Shown here in pieces: positions 51,584 to 64,000 of a stretch of DNA of 64,000 nucleotides. Position 1 is the first letter of the stretch. Every line of letters starts with the position of its first letter. This DNA is from Sphaerodactylus townsendi (taxonomy: Eukaryota). The stretch spans positions 80,042,001-80,106,000 of the forward strand of contig NC_059427.1 in the NCBI RefSeq assembly GCF_021028975.2, in the 5' to 3' direction. Below the pieces are notes generated by a model. That model searched no databases, was not told the origin of the DNA, and saw only the letters and a list, made by a program, of their open reading frames with translations. A program made the translations under genes and the position numbers.

Positions 51584-53513
51584 CTACAGAAAAAAATAAG
51601 GGCAAAATTAAAATTTCAATCAAGCATTCTCATTAATTATGGGACTACAATAGTAGTGTTACTCTGTCAGCATAACCCTATTCACTTGTAGGCCAGCTCT
51701 GTTTTGCTTCTTCATCACAGAAGAAATTCTGCTGCTGCCATTACTGCCAGTCCATAGATGTCCCCAAGTTATGCTCCATCCAAAACAGGTATTCCAGACA
51801 CTGGCAGACAAGAGCTAGGATACAACAGATTCACCAGTGTGTAACAGAGCCGAAGAGAAGGGCAAATTGAGATTGTTCCCATAGAAGTTGAGCTGATGGG
51901 GCTAACCCTAACCCTAACCCTATCTACAGCTATTTCACTATTGCATTCAATAAACCAACTGAACAATTTCTAAGCTAGAAAAAATTAAGTTACCAAATGA
52001 AAGTGGTAACCCCTTAGCCCAAAATACTTTCGAATATGCCACACCTATTATTTCAGATTGCCATCAAGAAACAAGTTCACTCTCAGCATATACTTGTCCT
52101 TCCCAGGTGCAAACTACTTACATTAAACATTTTGAATGAACTGTAAGAGAAGTTCTTTTTTATATCTCCAAAGATTGATTTTTACAGTAAAGTTACAGAT
52201 TATGCACGGGATTACACTGTTAAATTAAACCAATCCCAAACACAGAATATAGCTATTTAATAGTTTTCACAGTATAATCCCAAGAGTAACACCCTTCTGA
52301 GGGCACTGAGTTCAGGATTGCACTGGAAGGACAGTATAGCATTTCTTCATCCCCATGATTGTTCAAATTAGTTGAAATATGATGGATGTAAAGAACCAGC
52401 CCTGTCAGCCTTCCAACACTATAAACCAGGTACTTGACATGGGATCAAATACTGCTTCAAGTTTCTGATCTAACCAACAACCACTGAATAAGAAATGCAA
52501 GGAACCTGCATGAGTAAAAGGAAGCTTGCTCTGTACTGATACTTAATAACATAGAGGTTATTGACACTGTGAACTCCGTGTCAAGACAACCTATCATGAA
52601 GGACAGGAAATGGGCACAAAAATGATAGTTCTCTGAACTGTAACCCTTACTAGCCATCACAGACACTACAAAGTAGCACTCTAGAACAGCCACATCATTT
52701 CAAATACGTTTATTTGGAACTACATCCATGAATGCTGCAGCAGGAGGCAACGCCAGTCCATTACTCCAGACAATTTTGCTTGGCACCCAGAGCTGGTTGT
52801 CAACTGAAGCGATGGAGGCGAGTGCTCAAGACCGTGGCAGAAATGCTGGGGCTCAGCCTACACAAAAGTACATCTGGCCAAACACAAAACTTATTTCCCC
52901 TTCTTGCGTGTAAGCCCATCATCATTTTTACAGGCTGGTTCTGTTCTAAGAACCTCTGGCCAAAAATGCTGTCGACCCAATTTACATCATCAAAAACATC
53001 AACTTCTTCACTAGAGGAGAAATTCTCTACTGTAGCAAGGCAGAAATCTCAAAGAAATTATGGACACAATAAAGGAGGGAAATAAAACATCATAATAATA
53101 TTACATTTTAGTGTCTATTTGCTGATCACTTCCACTTCCTGGGTTTCACACCACTGCTACTCATGGATTTAGAGAATTCTTGGCCTTGTAACAAGCAGTA
53201 CTTTTCTACTGCAAATGACAGCTGTCTTGACTTAATTGGCAAAACTCTTCTCACACATATTAGGAGACAAGGCAGATAATTAGGTATAGAGAGGTTTGTT
53301 GTGCAGTGGCAACTAAGCCACAGTACATGCAACACATGCAAACATCTGGACACACAGATGCGACCGAGTTGTTAAAGACTCAAAAGTGTAGGCGTGCCAC
53401 AGAAAGTGGCAGAGAGAACCCAACTCTCCAACCCTATGGTCCAAGGCTGTAGAAGTAGAATATGTATATTCAGCATGCTGATTTGTGGCCAACAACTTCC
53501 CCAGGACACATAC

Positions 53514-53687
53514 CTCCGGAGCAAGGACGAAAGTCTGCATGAATCTTCGCAATGGCTGAGTGTTATTGGAGAGCTCGCCCATGACCTGTACTACAACTCC
53601 ATCATTAAGAGTAGCGTGAGCATCCACATGACGGATCTTTGTGTGGCAATCCTTAAAGTTCAGTGACAACACTTTCTTGTGAATATC
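53514..53687 (-). CDS. G3BP1: G3BP1 coding exon 3 (NTF2L)
   Basis: 174 nt, [66 protein letters not shown]. Confidence 0.97.
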
Positions 53688-54175
53688 CTACAGAAGTCAC
53701 ATTAAAAACGTATGAGACACTTTGTAAGAAGGAAATGAGCAGTCAAATAGAGGAGTCAGGAAAATAATCACACATTCAGGTTGTGTGAAACCTACCCTTT
53801 TGGGTTAAACACTTTAAAAGTACAGTTTTTCTATTTCCACTGGCATCACTTCCTCTATTTAAATGTAGGCATTTATATGTTAATGCTACCACTATCCTAA
53901 AATGCATTCTGTATACTAACCTAGCACATATCTGCTTGAAACTACTGGAAAAAATAATACAAAACTACTAAACAGAGCAAATGAGGTACATAGTATGAAA
54001 TTTGATCTTGATACCTAGAAATTCACAATATTTCTGAATAGCTTGTGATGAATTAACACACTATCTTCTCTCTCACACACGCAAGGTGCTGACTAATTTG
54101 AGAGACTTTCTAAACACTTATACTGCCTGAATCCCACTTCAGAGTCCGTTACAAAGAAATTTCACAAATGCTTAC

Positions 54176-54257
54176 AGATTGCCCGTGGACTGCATCTGCC
54201 GGTTTTCCATTTGAATCCAAACCACCATGGACATAAGAGGAATTCTTTCCATAAAAT
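54176..54257 (-). CDS. G3BP1: G3BP1 coding exon 2 (NTF2L)
   Basis: 82 nt, [35 protein letters not shown]. Confidence 0.97.
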
Positions 54258-54372
54258 CTGTGAGGGAATAATTTACATACATTTTACTATGCATAGCTTC
54301 AACTTATTACATGGGCTCTGACCGCCATAAAATGTAAGCAATATTATTGGTTTTAGGCTAGCAACCTCTTAG

Positions 54373-54650
54373 TTAAGAACACAAGAAGAACCTTGCTGCA
54401 TGAGACTAGTAGTCCATCTACTCCAGCATAGATCACACATGGACAATCAGTTCCTTTGGAGGGCCAACAACAGGGCACGGGCTGGATGTTTGCCTGATGT
54501 TGCCTCCTGGCAACTGAATGCAGAGGTTACTGCTTCCGAACATGGAGCTTCCCCTTTTGTCAGTTTGGCTAGAAGTCACTCATAGACCTCTTCTCCGTGA
54601 GTCTGTCATTTGAAGTTGTCTATGTCTGTGACCATCACCACAACCTCTGC
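54373..54650 (-). mobile_element. CR1-type LINE 3' fragment
   Basis: taagaacacaagaagaaccttgctgcatgagactagtagtccatctactccagc resembles the CR1 end at 19546. Confidence 0.6.
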
Positions 54651-55490
54651 TCTGAAACCCGAATGGGCACCCGTCTCAAACAAACCTTCAGGACATTTTG
54701 CTGCAGCCAGAGCTTTTAGAGCAGATGGCAGTCCCAGACAGTTTCAAATCATTCCCGTTCTAACAAACTTTTGTGCATTTTGGAAGCACAGACATATGGA
54801 ATTTATGTTCTAATAGCCTTGAAGCTTGTTTGAGACTGATGTACATCTGGATTCCAGTAAGTTTAGTAAGTGTTTTGTACCGAACAGGATTTTTTCAGTG
54901 TTACTGGGTCTGTTTTTCAGATACCTTCTGGGACTTTTGCAATGTTGTAATTTTGGACACAATTTACTTATAACAAGATTTTCTTTGAAAATAGATGGCA
55001 ATTGCTGCAATCCTTCTTCAGTGTAATTTCTATTGGGCTGTACTGTGTGCACTGATCCCCACTTAATACAAATGGTGGCTTATCTGTCTAGGGCAGCATT
55101 GGTGGCAGAGCTTCTTACTGAATGTGTGGAATGCCAGTTGCAGACTGCTGGATCTGTATGCCTGAATTATGCATTGCTTTATCATGTAGCTGGTGGATGT
55201 CCTGGGTATATTTTTGCCCTTGTTAGATGCTATGATGGTGTGCCCTGCAAAAATCTAGTGTGTTTTTTCCTTATGGTGCTCTGGAATGGGGCAGAAGGAG
55301 GGAAAGTAAATTTCTTGTTCCATGTGGAATTGAGAGTTGATCTTAGAAACGAAGATCAGGTCTGGCCTTTAAAAAACCTCATCTTTGCACAAAACACACA
55401 GCCCGTCTGGCGGAAAGAGCTCTGATGTCCTTCTGGCTGAAGCAACCACTGTCAGGAAGTGTACCTTCATCCTTAGCCACTTCAAAGGCA

Positions 55491-56144
55491 CTTGTAAACT
55501 TATTTGCACATTCTTCCAGACAGTCACTGAATTTTAGAGGGCATGAGCAGTGTGCAAAGGGCAGTCTCTTTCATAGCAGATGTCTCTGCAGATATCATGA
55601 CCTACCACAGCTACCAGAAGGGCAGCGTAGCTCCGGGCTTGGCCAACAGACTGCCACTCCAAACCTATCCTCTTGGCTTATCCCTTTGAAGGAGGAAAGC
55701 TAGACAAAATCCTGATAGAAACAAAGGACAAGAAAAAGGCTATGCCCAAAAGCCTTAAAAGGAAAGACAACAGAATCCCCTTCCAGCCCCACTTTCGTTC
55801 ATTGCATGCCCTTCCAGGGTACCAACCACATTAGAGGAAGTCCTGACAAACCTCTAGAGCACGGGTGGCCAATTTATGGTGCTCCAGATGTTCATGGACT
55901 ACAATTCCCATCAGCCCCTGCCAGCATGGCATGGCAAATTGACAGTCTGTTGGCTGTCTGGAGCTACACTGGAGCTACACTGCCCTTCTGGTGCTACACT
56001 GGAGCTACACTGCCCTTCTGGTAGCTGTGGTAGGTCATGATGTCTACAGAGACATCTGCAATGAAAGAGACTGCCCTTTGAATACTGCTCATGCCCTCTA
56101 AAACTCAGTGACTGTCTGGAAGAACGTGCAAATAAGTTTACAAG
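55491..56144. repeat. Long inverted duplication (arms 55491-55653 and 55943-56144)
   Basis: The arms are reverse complements at high identity, also visible as near-identical peptides in ORFs 55425+ and 55911-. The right arm contains a 30-bp tandem duplication (55963-56022). Confidence 0.95.
55854..55930 (+). mobile_element. Small hAT-like MITE half
   Basis: ccagatgttcatggactacaattcccatcagcccctgccagcatggc, matching 27321-27410. Confidence 0.65.
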
Positions 56145-57839
56145 ACTAGACAATACAGGTTCTCGCTATTAGAGCTGAGACAGTTGAGGCTCTGATTATT
56201 AAGGCCAGGATTCCGTGCGCACACCTAGAGAACTGGTCAGCTTTGAGATCAAAGGCATCCTTAATTTGCACTTCACCATCTTAGCATTCGTATAAGTAGG
56301 CAAAGGATACAGTTTGTGAATGAATTCAGGGAACTGTCTGCTAGTAGCAAGCTTCTACCCCTTCTGTTTGAACTGTACTTCAAAGATCACAGGAAAGGGA
56401 AAAATCTTTTTTTGGGGGGGAGTATAGAAGTACTAAGAAAGAATTTTCTCCCTTGTGTTTTGATTTAAAGTTAGGCTTTGGTCCTCCCCCCTCCCCATCT
56501 GCAGTGGCCTTCAGGTTGAGTGCTGCCACTGATTGGGCCGGCAAGTATTGATAATCCTCTACTCTGAAAAAAACAAGAAAACTGCTCAGTCACATGAATC
56601 TCTTCTGAACCTTCCTCCTCTGAAGAAAACTTGCCCTCCTCCCTTACTTCCACTTCACAATCTGAGGAATTTGGGAGACCACACTCTGGACTAATGCTAG
56701 GTCTATGGAAAGCAGCCTTGGTTAGCCAGGTAGAGGGGGCACCTTTTCTTCCACCTGGGGTGATTATTCTAAGTGGAACTCCTGTTCCCCATTGAGAAGG
56801 ACCTGGAGCCTTTCTGCCCCATAGGCGCACCTTAAATAACAGACAGCTCTTTCCTCCTGACTTTTTTTTGCTGGAGGTCACCCTTAATGACTCTCATTAT
56901 CTCACAATTTATGCTGCTGCTCCCAGAAGCATGTACTTTACCAGGAAACTCTTTTCTGAGCTAAACTGGATAGCGCTACCAGGAGACATGCCCACCCAAT
57001 CTGCCAGCTGACCTGCTCGGTTCCAACCTCTTTGTCATTAGAGAGGAAATGTTCCTCCTGGCAGGACATTCTTCCTCCCAAACTGGCTTGGAACAAGAAG
57101 CAGACCTGTTTCTTGTCCAAAGGCACAAAAGGTCTAGTTTTTCACAGCCCCCCTAGTAGGGGTCTGTGTTAGCCTTGCGTTTGTCTGGAGGATAGGGAAG
57201 AAGATGAGGACAAAGTGAAGAATAAGTAAGAGTATTAAGAGACATAGGGACAGAAGTACTAACTGAAAGTAATTTGCTAAGAAAGCTAAGGACATGCAAC
57301 TAGACAAACAGCTCTCCCAGGAGGCAGGAAAGAACTGGAGAAGAAGTGGGTATGTTCCAGTAGATCTAGGAAGCAACGTTTTGCTCCTGCCTCCCCGACT
57401 GGTTACTGGAAAATATCCAGATGTCCTTGAGCTCAAAGGGAAAACTAATAAGAGGTCTTTTTAAAAAAATAGGTAAGATTGGGTAACCAAGTAAGCATGA
57501 GAAGGGAGAAAAAGCGGAAAGGAAAGTGAAAGATTAACTAGAAAGTCCTCACTAAGCCTACCTATGCCAGGCAGAAAACTAAACTGACTAGCAACAGCCC
57601 AACACGGCAATAAAAAGCAGAAGTTTACTCCCTGGGCAACCCAGGAATAACCCACATTTGGAGATGAGCTCCCTCTCAGAATGAAAATGGCACAATTTAT
57701 AGAAAAGCAGGGGACAATGACAAAACCTCTGGCATATCTGAGTAACAGTTTCAAATTTCACAGCCAGCGGCTAATTACATGTATTTTTCAGTTTATATAC
57801 CACAGATTATCACAATACCAAAACTAGAATTGTTTGTTA

Positions 57840-57977
<138 letters not shown>

Positions 57978-58839
57978 TTAGAATAATGTAGATAACTGTA
58001 CCAATTTTTCCATACCTTGTGTGCTTTCTGTACACATCATTAACACTGTAATCATGAGACACTGATGAAAAGCTTTAAAATGATAACTAATATCCTATGC
58101 CACAGAATTTAGCCAGGAACCACACTTTTCCAGCTAACTTTACAGTCAACTAGAACTCACTTGTAACACTACCTGGTCTGCAGCCAAGACATCTGTCTCA
58201 GATGACAGGGCAGGATGCGGGGGGGGGGGGGGTATCTTCATGTCATCATGGATTTCAGTGCTATTTGCTATGCCTTTACTTTGTCAAAGCAGTAAGTTTT
58301 TTTCCTGCCAAAAGTAGGCAACACAAATGTTCCTGGAAATGTCACAGCTTCATGGAATACTGTCATCTACCATGATACACATATTGTTTTGGGGAGGGGG
58401 GCATAACTTGTTTTTAAGAAAACCATGCTGACTTGTGATCACAGTATTCCCTTCTGCTCCATACCAAGTCATGGCTAGGATGGAATGTTGCAAGCAGAAT
58501 GAATTTATTCTAGAAATGCTATATTCAAACAGAAGCAAAAAAACCATTTTATAACTGCAGAGATTTAGCTTTGTGTTACCCCGCAGAAAAGTTTGAGAAT
58601 GAAGATATATAGTGACGACATTTTGTTGTTGGATTTTCCCAACACTGAACAGTAACTCAGCACTGACATTGCATTAAGCATCAAATGATGTGGTATCACC
58701 AATATGCAGATACTATCCAGTTCCACCTCTCTTTCCCACCTAATCTGAAGGAAGATGTTAATGTGAACCATTGCTTGGAAACAGTAATGGGCTGAATACT
58801 GACAAGACAAAGGTGCTTGGAAATGGGCGGGAGTTTGCA

Positions 58840-59415
58840 TCGTGTTTCCTCTTCTTTTTGCCTTGCGCCTGCTTTGCCACGCCTGGGTCGGCCTGCCAGC
58901 TTCCCATGCAGCTTCCGATGCCCTCCCCTGGGTCGGCCTGCCAGATGGGATAGGTAGGCCTCCTCTGGGTCAGTTTGGCAATGACATCTCGGGCCATGAC
59001 AGCCCTGGTGGCCTCCGCCGCTGATTTAATGAAGGACTTTGGGCCCTCCTTCACCTGATAAAGTTCTTTGCCTCTCAGAGGGGAGAATTCCCTGATGGCC
59101 ATCTTGGAAGGAAGGCAGGGAAGGAGAGTAGGCAAACAAAGAATAAACTATTCCAAGAGTTGGAGAGGAAATATGAATGAAGATAAAAGATATAAGAATT
59201 ATCACAAGCACACACAAAGAGTAGAGACAAAAAAGTGGTAAGAGCAATAGATGAGTAAAGGAGCTTGGTAGAGGTCCATGATCTCACGTCAGAGGCAGAA
59301 ACAAAACTGACTAAGATGGAGCTTGGCAAGATGGACAGGAAGTGAGAAGATGTTTCTGCCTCCCAGAGAAGGGACAAAGAACCACCCATCCAAGATGGCC
59401 TCCGCCTCCAGGAGA
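58840..59415 (-). mobile_element. DIRS-like 5' region and terminal (subfamily A)
   Basis: Terminal aligns with 39960-40080. cctgggtcggcctgccag is repeated with a 45-bp period (58882, 58927), as at 38.2 kb. Confidence 0.6.
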
Positions 59416-59628
59416 ACTAGCTCTTCTCCACCAAACTATAGCATTACTCCTTTGTCAGTGGCTCTTGCTTCTCCTGGCCCAATGTGACCTTCAGCAGAGA
59501 GGTAGGCTGCATCATCTCATGGAGATTGCCTAGCTTCTTCCCTCCACCTGCCAGGATGTTCACATTTTTCATGTTTGCACATGCACATTCTTCTGTTTTT
59601 GAGACTTAGAACACCCAAACCCTTTCTG

Positions 59629-60915
59629 GGTTTTTTTTCAAGTCTTTATTGGCATAGACAACAGTACAACAATAGTAAAAAGACTGATTAAAAAAACATA
59701 TACAGTTCAGGAAATAAATGTTAAATGGAGGAAATCTACTGGCATTTAGTAATTTCCAGGAGAAAGTCTGCCACTATCATACAGAGAGAAGGATCAGGAT
59801 TGTCCAACAAGTAGTGTAATCTAAATAAATTGGGGAGATCGGGTAAATGTAAAGGAGTAAGATTCACATACTTGGATCAGATTTCCTTGAATCTGAAACA
59901 GTGTAGTAATTGGTGGGCCAGAGATTCAATTGAGCCATCATTACACGGGCACAATCTTTTAGCATTTTCTTGCTCGTTAAATCTGCCATGTAACAAGGCA
60001 GAAGGCATAACATTAAACCCTGGCGAGAATTGTGGCTCTCCTTTGAGCAGGGTTTATTAAACAATACAGGTAGTGTGCCAAGTGGCCCTGTTCAAATGGG
60101 AGAGAAAAATACAGGGGGAGCATGTTTTCTTGGCTGTGGTGATTATCCAATAGTTGACCTTTTAATTTTCTATAAGCTTCTGAATAGGACAAATGGCAGA
60201 GTGAATCCACTGACAGTCCAATAGAAGACATTTTTTCTTTGATTATGGAAAACCAGGGGTTGGAATAGGTGTCAGAGAGCAGACGGTGGACCAGGGAATT
60301 ACAGTTCGAAAGAAAATGGATTCGCAGCCAGAATCTAAAGGCCCTCAGCCAAGTGGCTGATTCCAAGGAGTTTTGACCTAACTCCAGACAAAGGGCTGCA
60401 TAGGGCGTGCAATTTGGGAGTCCAGTTATCTTATGAAAAAAATTGGATTGAAGGGAATTCAAGGAGTGGTTAATAGCTTGAATCCAAATTGGGACTCCAT
60501 AAAGCAATCTCGAAGTGACTTTGGCATTGAAAAATTTGAGGGCAGGAGGGATAAAGGAATGGCCACAGCTGTAGAAGAAAAGTAGTAATGCTGACATACT
60601 GTTAGATGTAGCAAGAAGAGCGGCCTTCCTATGGGTTGCCCATGAAAGGTTATAGGAGAATGAAAGGCCGAGGTACTTATAGCACTTAACCTGCTCAATT
60701 GGGGTGCTATTCATTGCCCATGTGAGCTTCTTAAAGCACCTAGAGAAGACCAAAACCTTGGTTTTTTCATAATTAATTGTCAGTCTGTTGGATTCACAGT
60801 AATCCACACAGCACTTCATTAAGCGTCTGAGGCCAACTCTGGATCGAGAGAGAAGGACAGCATCATCTGCATAGAGCAGAATTGATACATGGGATGTACC
60901 CAGTTTTGGGGCATA
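59629..60915 (-). mobile_element. 5'-truncated non-LTR retrotransposon (LINE; clade uncertain), RT C-terminal half
   Basis: LLYADDAVLLS...INYEKTKVLVF...YKYLG; C-terminal CPC...HQLLHC motif after a frameshift; AATAAAG plus A-tail at 59631-59650; TSD CCTTTCTG at 59621-59628 and 60916-60923. Confidence 0.92.
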
Positions 60916-62566
60916 CCTTTCTGTATTTAAACTTTTCAGATTTTGTTGAAAAATGTCCTCTCTCTCCATGGCCCTGATCCACAAATCTGAGTATCCACAA
61001 ATGGGACCACACTGACTATTAGATATATTGATTTATTAAGAATTCAATATAAAACCTGCTTTTAATTTCTCATCAAACTTTAACATCAGCAATTACATAT
61101 TTTATATGCAAGGCTTCTCTAAAAACAGACTGTGCCCTAAAGGCTTAATTGCCTAAAATGCATGCGCCGACTCTCAGGTTTCTCAGCACACTGAAGTATG
61201 TCTTCAAACACTGAACATTTTTTAGGTCTGACAACTATCTAATGTGACAACCACTCCCCAAAATAGTATGAGTTTGACACTTTTGTTGCTCAGAAACTGT
61301 TGCCAAGAAAAGGTACGAATTAACTTTCACCTAAATCTTCCAAACAATTGCAATAATGTTTCCTCAAATTGTAAGTACAAATAATTTTAGGATTATATTA
61401 CCGTGCTCCTGAAAAATCTTTTCATGTTTTCCACCATGCAAAGATTTCTTTAGGACAATGTCAAACAAAACTTAATACATTAAAATAACATTAAATGTTC
61501 AAAAAGCATGGCAAAATGAAAAGAAAATACAAGACCTCCCAAACTCCCCTCCCACAACTCAGCTGCATTAAATATAATTCTAATTTATGGTCGAAAGGAA
61601 GTTATGGCACATGTAATATACTACTTACGGGCTATAAAACATACAGGAGCATTTATACTAAATGCCAAGTATACTGTGCTTAATTCCAAAATTTTAGCAC
61701 TACAAAAGGCGATTTTTCAGCTGTAAGCACTACGCAAAGTAAGGAAAAACTAAGTTTATTCTTCTTTACTGGTCCAAACAGGGGTGTGTGGAAAAACCTA
61801 TTAAGGGCAGCTTAAACCTAAGTCAGTTTTCTGTTACCTGAAATTTAACATTATGTTGCAGAAACATTCTCAAGCTTAACCTCATAAGACTAGAAATTTG
61901 TTTTTCAATTGAAGTTAAAATGTAGGAAACTGAATTCCTTGCCTAATACCACACCAGGTGCTTTTCTTGTTCATGTTGTACCATTACAACCCTAGTTATC
62001 TTGCAGATTTGGGCCTTCACTGTAAAAAGTTATCTGCAGAACAGGTCACACAGCCTATCCAGCAGGAGGACAAATACTCAGCCCACAACTTCTTGATAAA
62101 ATTAAATTTACACTATCACGGGTAAATTAAAATGCTTGGTCCTCTACTGCCTTCCATATCTGTTCATGCTTAGTAACACAGTCATTGTCATGAAGCATTG
62201 TGAGACAGTAGTTTATTTCAAGCATTAATTTCAGACAGGAACATTAAATTTATATGCCTAATATAAAACACTGATATTTTTGAAAGAGTACATTTTAATT
62301 ACCTGAAATTATCTATGCTGTATTTCTGTTTCTATTAGATTGCAGGTACGCATCTAACTGTACTATTGGCATGCACAATTCTGTTGTGCTTCATTCCCAT
62401 TATATATAATACAAAAACCACAGTAACTTCACTGCATAAAGAAATGGAAGAGGATTCATTTAATATGCCACCCCTCCCATTCTGGGGTCGGGACAGCGCT
62501 CAATATACACACACACACAAAACCATTTAAAAGTATATAAAACACCAATAAAACATACTACTAGAT

Positions 62567-62752
62567 CAGCGATTCTCAACTTGGGGGTCGCGACCCCTTA
62601 GGGGGTCAAGCAACCCTTTTACAAGGGTCACCTAAGACTCTCTGCATCAGTGTGGTCCATCTGTAAAATGGATAAATGTTAGGATTGGGGGTCACCACAA
62701 CATAAGGAACTGTATTAAAGAGTCACGGCATTAGGAAAGTTGAGAACCACTG
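62567..62752. mobile_element. SPIN (Space Invader, hAT) non-autonomous MITE, 186 bp
   Basis: TIRs CAGCGATTCTCAAC / GTTGAGAACCACTG; perfect 8-bp TSD TACTAGAT (62559-62566, 62753-62760). Subterminal gggtcgcgacccct..gggggtc and gggggtcaccacaacat.aggaactgtattaaa match SPIN/URR1 ends. Confidence 0.92.
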
Positions 62753-62760
62753 TACTAGAT

Positions 62761-63230
62761 CCAAGCAGCAGCACAACCAGAGCTCCAAGGTACCCTGATG
62801 ACTAGATAAAAAAGCCCTGGCCCTGATTGAGGCAATTCAGATTTTCTTAGGGCTGGTATTTGTCGGGCAGAGAGATCTTTGTGGAACATACCATGAGAGA
62901 TGTCCCTGTAGGTACACCAGTCCCAGACAATTGTGGGCTTTGTGAAATAGTACAAGAACCCTGAATCTGATTCAGTGCTCCACCTGAAGCCAGTACAATG
63001 GCAGAGCACAAGTTGTATATGCATCCCCTGCATTCTAGATGAGTTGGAGCCTCCAGGACAGGACAAAGAGAAACCAAGCCCTGCATACAGCAAATTGCAG
63101 TAGTCTAGCCCAGAAGTGACCATCAAATGGATCACAGTGACTAGATAGGTCTGAGTCTTGTGGTCTGGCTGCCAAGCAAGCAAGGAGAGCCACAAGGCAT
63201 GAGGGCAAGTCAGCAACAGCCCAAGGTCTT
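62761..63230 (-). mobile_element. L2 LINE 3' fragment (continues left of the SPIN to about 62455)
   Basis: TVIHLMVTSGLDYCNLLYAGL corresponds to the L2 SRLDYCN.LY.GL motif. Confidence 0.8.
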
Positions 63231-63287
63231 TCGGAGCAACACAATTCTAGATGATAGCTTATTTTAATCATATCACACTTCCTATTT

Positions 63288-63426
63288 TGATGGGAGACCA
63301 CCAAGAAATTCCAGTCATTATGCAGAGGAAGGCAATGGAAAACCATGTCTGTAAATCTCTTGCCTTGAAAGCTCTACAGGATCACCCTAAATCAGCTGTG
63401 ACTTGATGGTACTTTACACATACACT
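63288..63426 (+). mobile_element. 5S-derived SINE, 5'-truncated copy
   Basis: gatgggagaccaccaagaaattccag..atgcagaggaaggcaatggaaaacca, the reverse complement of the 47045-47248 family. Confidence 0.75.
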
Positions 63427-64000
63427 TTATCTTGTTGAAACATGCCAGAATCTTATTTTTAAAAAATACAAATATTTAGTATTACATATAAAAAAACACA
63501 AGCAAAGGGTTGGAGCAAGCAAAAGAACCATGTGAGGCCCATAAAAGGATGGTGGATCATCCATGTTCCTGCCAGCTGCCTTTTCCGATCCAAGAAAATG
63601 TTTATTCTGGGGCTCATGGGGGTGCCATTCAGGCATGTAGGCTGCAGTGTTAAGGAAGCAAAATTGCCCCCTTCTATTAGCACAGCTCTGCTTATGCAAG
63701 AAGCCCCTCCATCACAGCCTCCTAACCTACCTGGATTCATTCAACATTTATTGGAACAATTATATCCTGCTTTATCTTCACAGATTCTAAGTGGCAAACA
63801 ATGCTGTAAGCAAATTGGAAAGACATCATTAATTAAAAGATTAAAATATTCAAGTATGCAATATATGCAACAGAGATTCCTGGGGCTGGAAAAAAACTGC
63901 TGAGGAGAGGAGAAAGTCAGAAAGATTAAGGGCAGTCAGTGCTGTGAGATTCAACTCTTAACTTGCTGGACATTAGAAGAAATTTAGCTCCTGCCTAATA

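Larger units (their letters stand above)
55050..57440 (-). mobile_element. DIRS retroelement remnant: terminal (57300-57440), gag-like region, tyrosine recombinase relic (about 55050-55480); RT/RNaseH not seen
   Basis: Minus strand KVHFLTVVASARRTSEL (catalytic Arg box, about 55417-55467), KDEVF*RPDLIFVSKINSQFHMN, PSFCPIP, KGKNIPRTSTSYMIKQCIIQAY and THSVRSSATNAA (HxxR at 55113-55124). These follow the DIRS YR motif order. Confidence 0.85.

Noticed and set aside
51902-51922. Interstitial telomeric repeat (CCCTAA)n
   Set aside because: Only about three units, too short to imply a fusion or telomerase healing.

Overview
Vertebrate genomic DNA. The repeat content (squamate-type tRNA- and 5S-derived SINEs, a SPIN MITE, Penelope and DIRS relics) points to a squamate reptile, probably a gecko (inference). 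Two genes lie tail-to-tail, the same arrangement as GLRA1/G3BP1 in human 5q33. The + strand carries the last three coding exons of the glycine receptor alpha-1 gene GLRA1 (943-1157, 2625-2771, 11010/11034-11324), including the alternative acceptor for the 8-aa alpha1-ins variant. The - strand carries all 11 coding exons of G3BP1 (ATG 57935, stop 42590; 1398 nt = 465 aa + stop, all GT-AG). The non-coding first exon and promoter of G3BP1 were not recognised and probably lie beyond the right edge. Nearly all other ORFs in the track are spurious or transposon relics. Transposon content: two Harbinger-type MITEs with 3-bp TSDs, a SPIN (hAT) MITE with a perfect 8-bp TSD nested in an L2, a 5'-truncated LINE with a TSD, and a Penelope element with an inverted terminal segment. 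There is also an LTR-less Gypsy (Gmr1/SCAN-type) gag-protease fragment, and a cluster of about five DIRS-like tyrosine-recombinase retroelement remnants that all lie in or just behind G3BP1 in the same orientation. I found no clear new protein-coding system. The best leads are the co-oriented DIRS cluster and its rearrangements, a stop-generating NAGNAG at the GLRA1 last exon, and loss of the viral 3C cleavage consensus in G3BP1.
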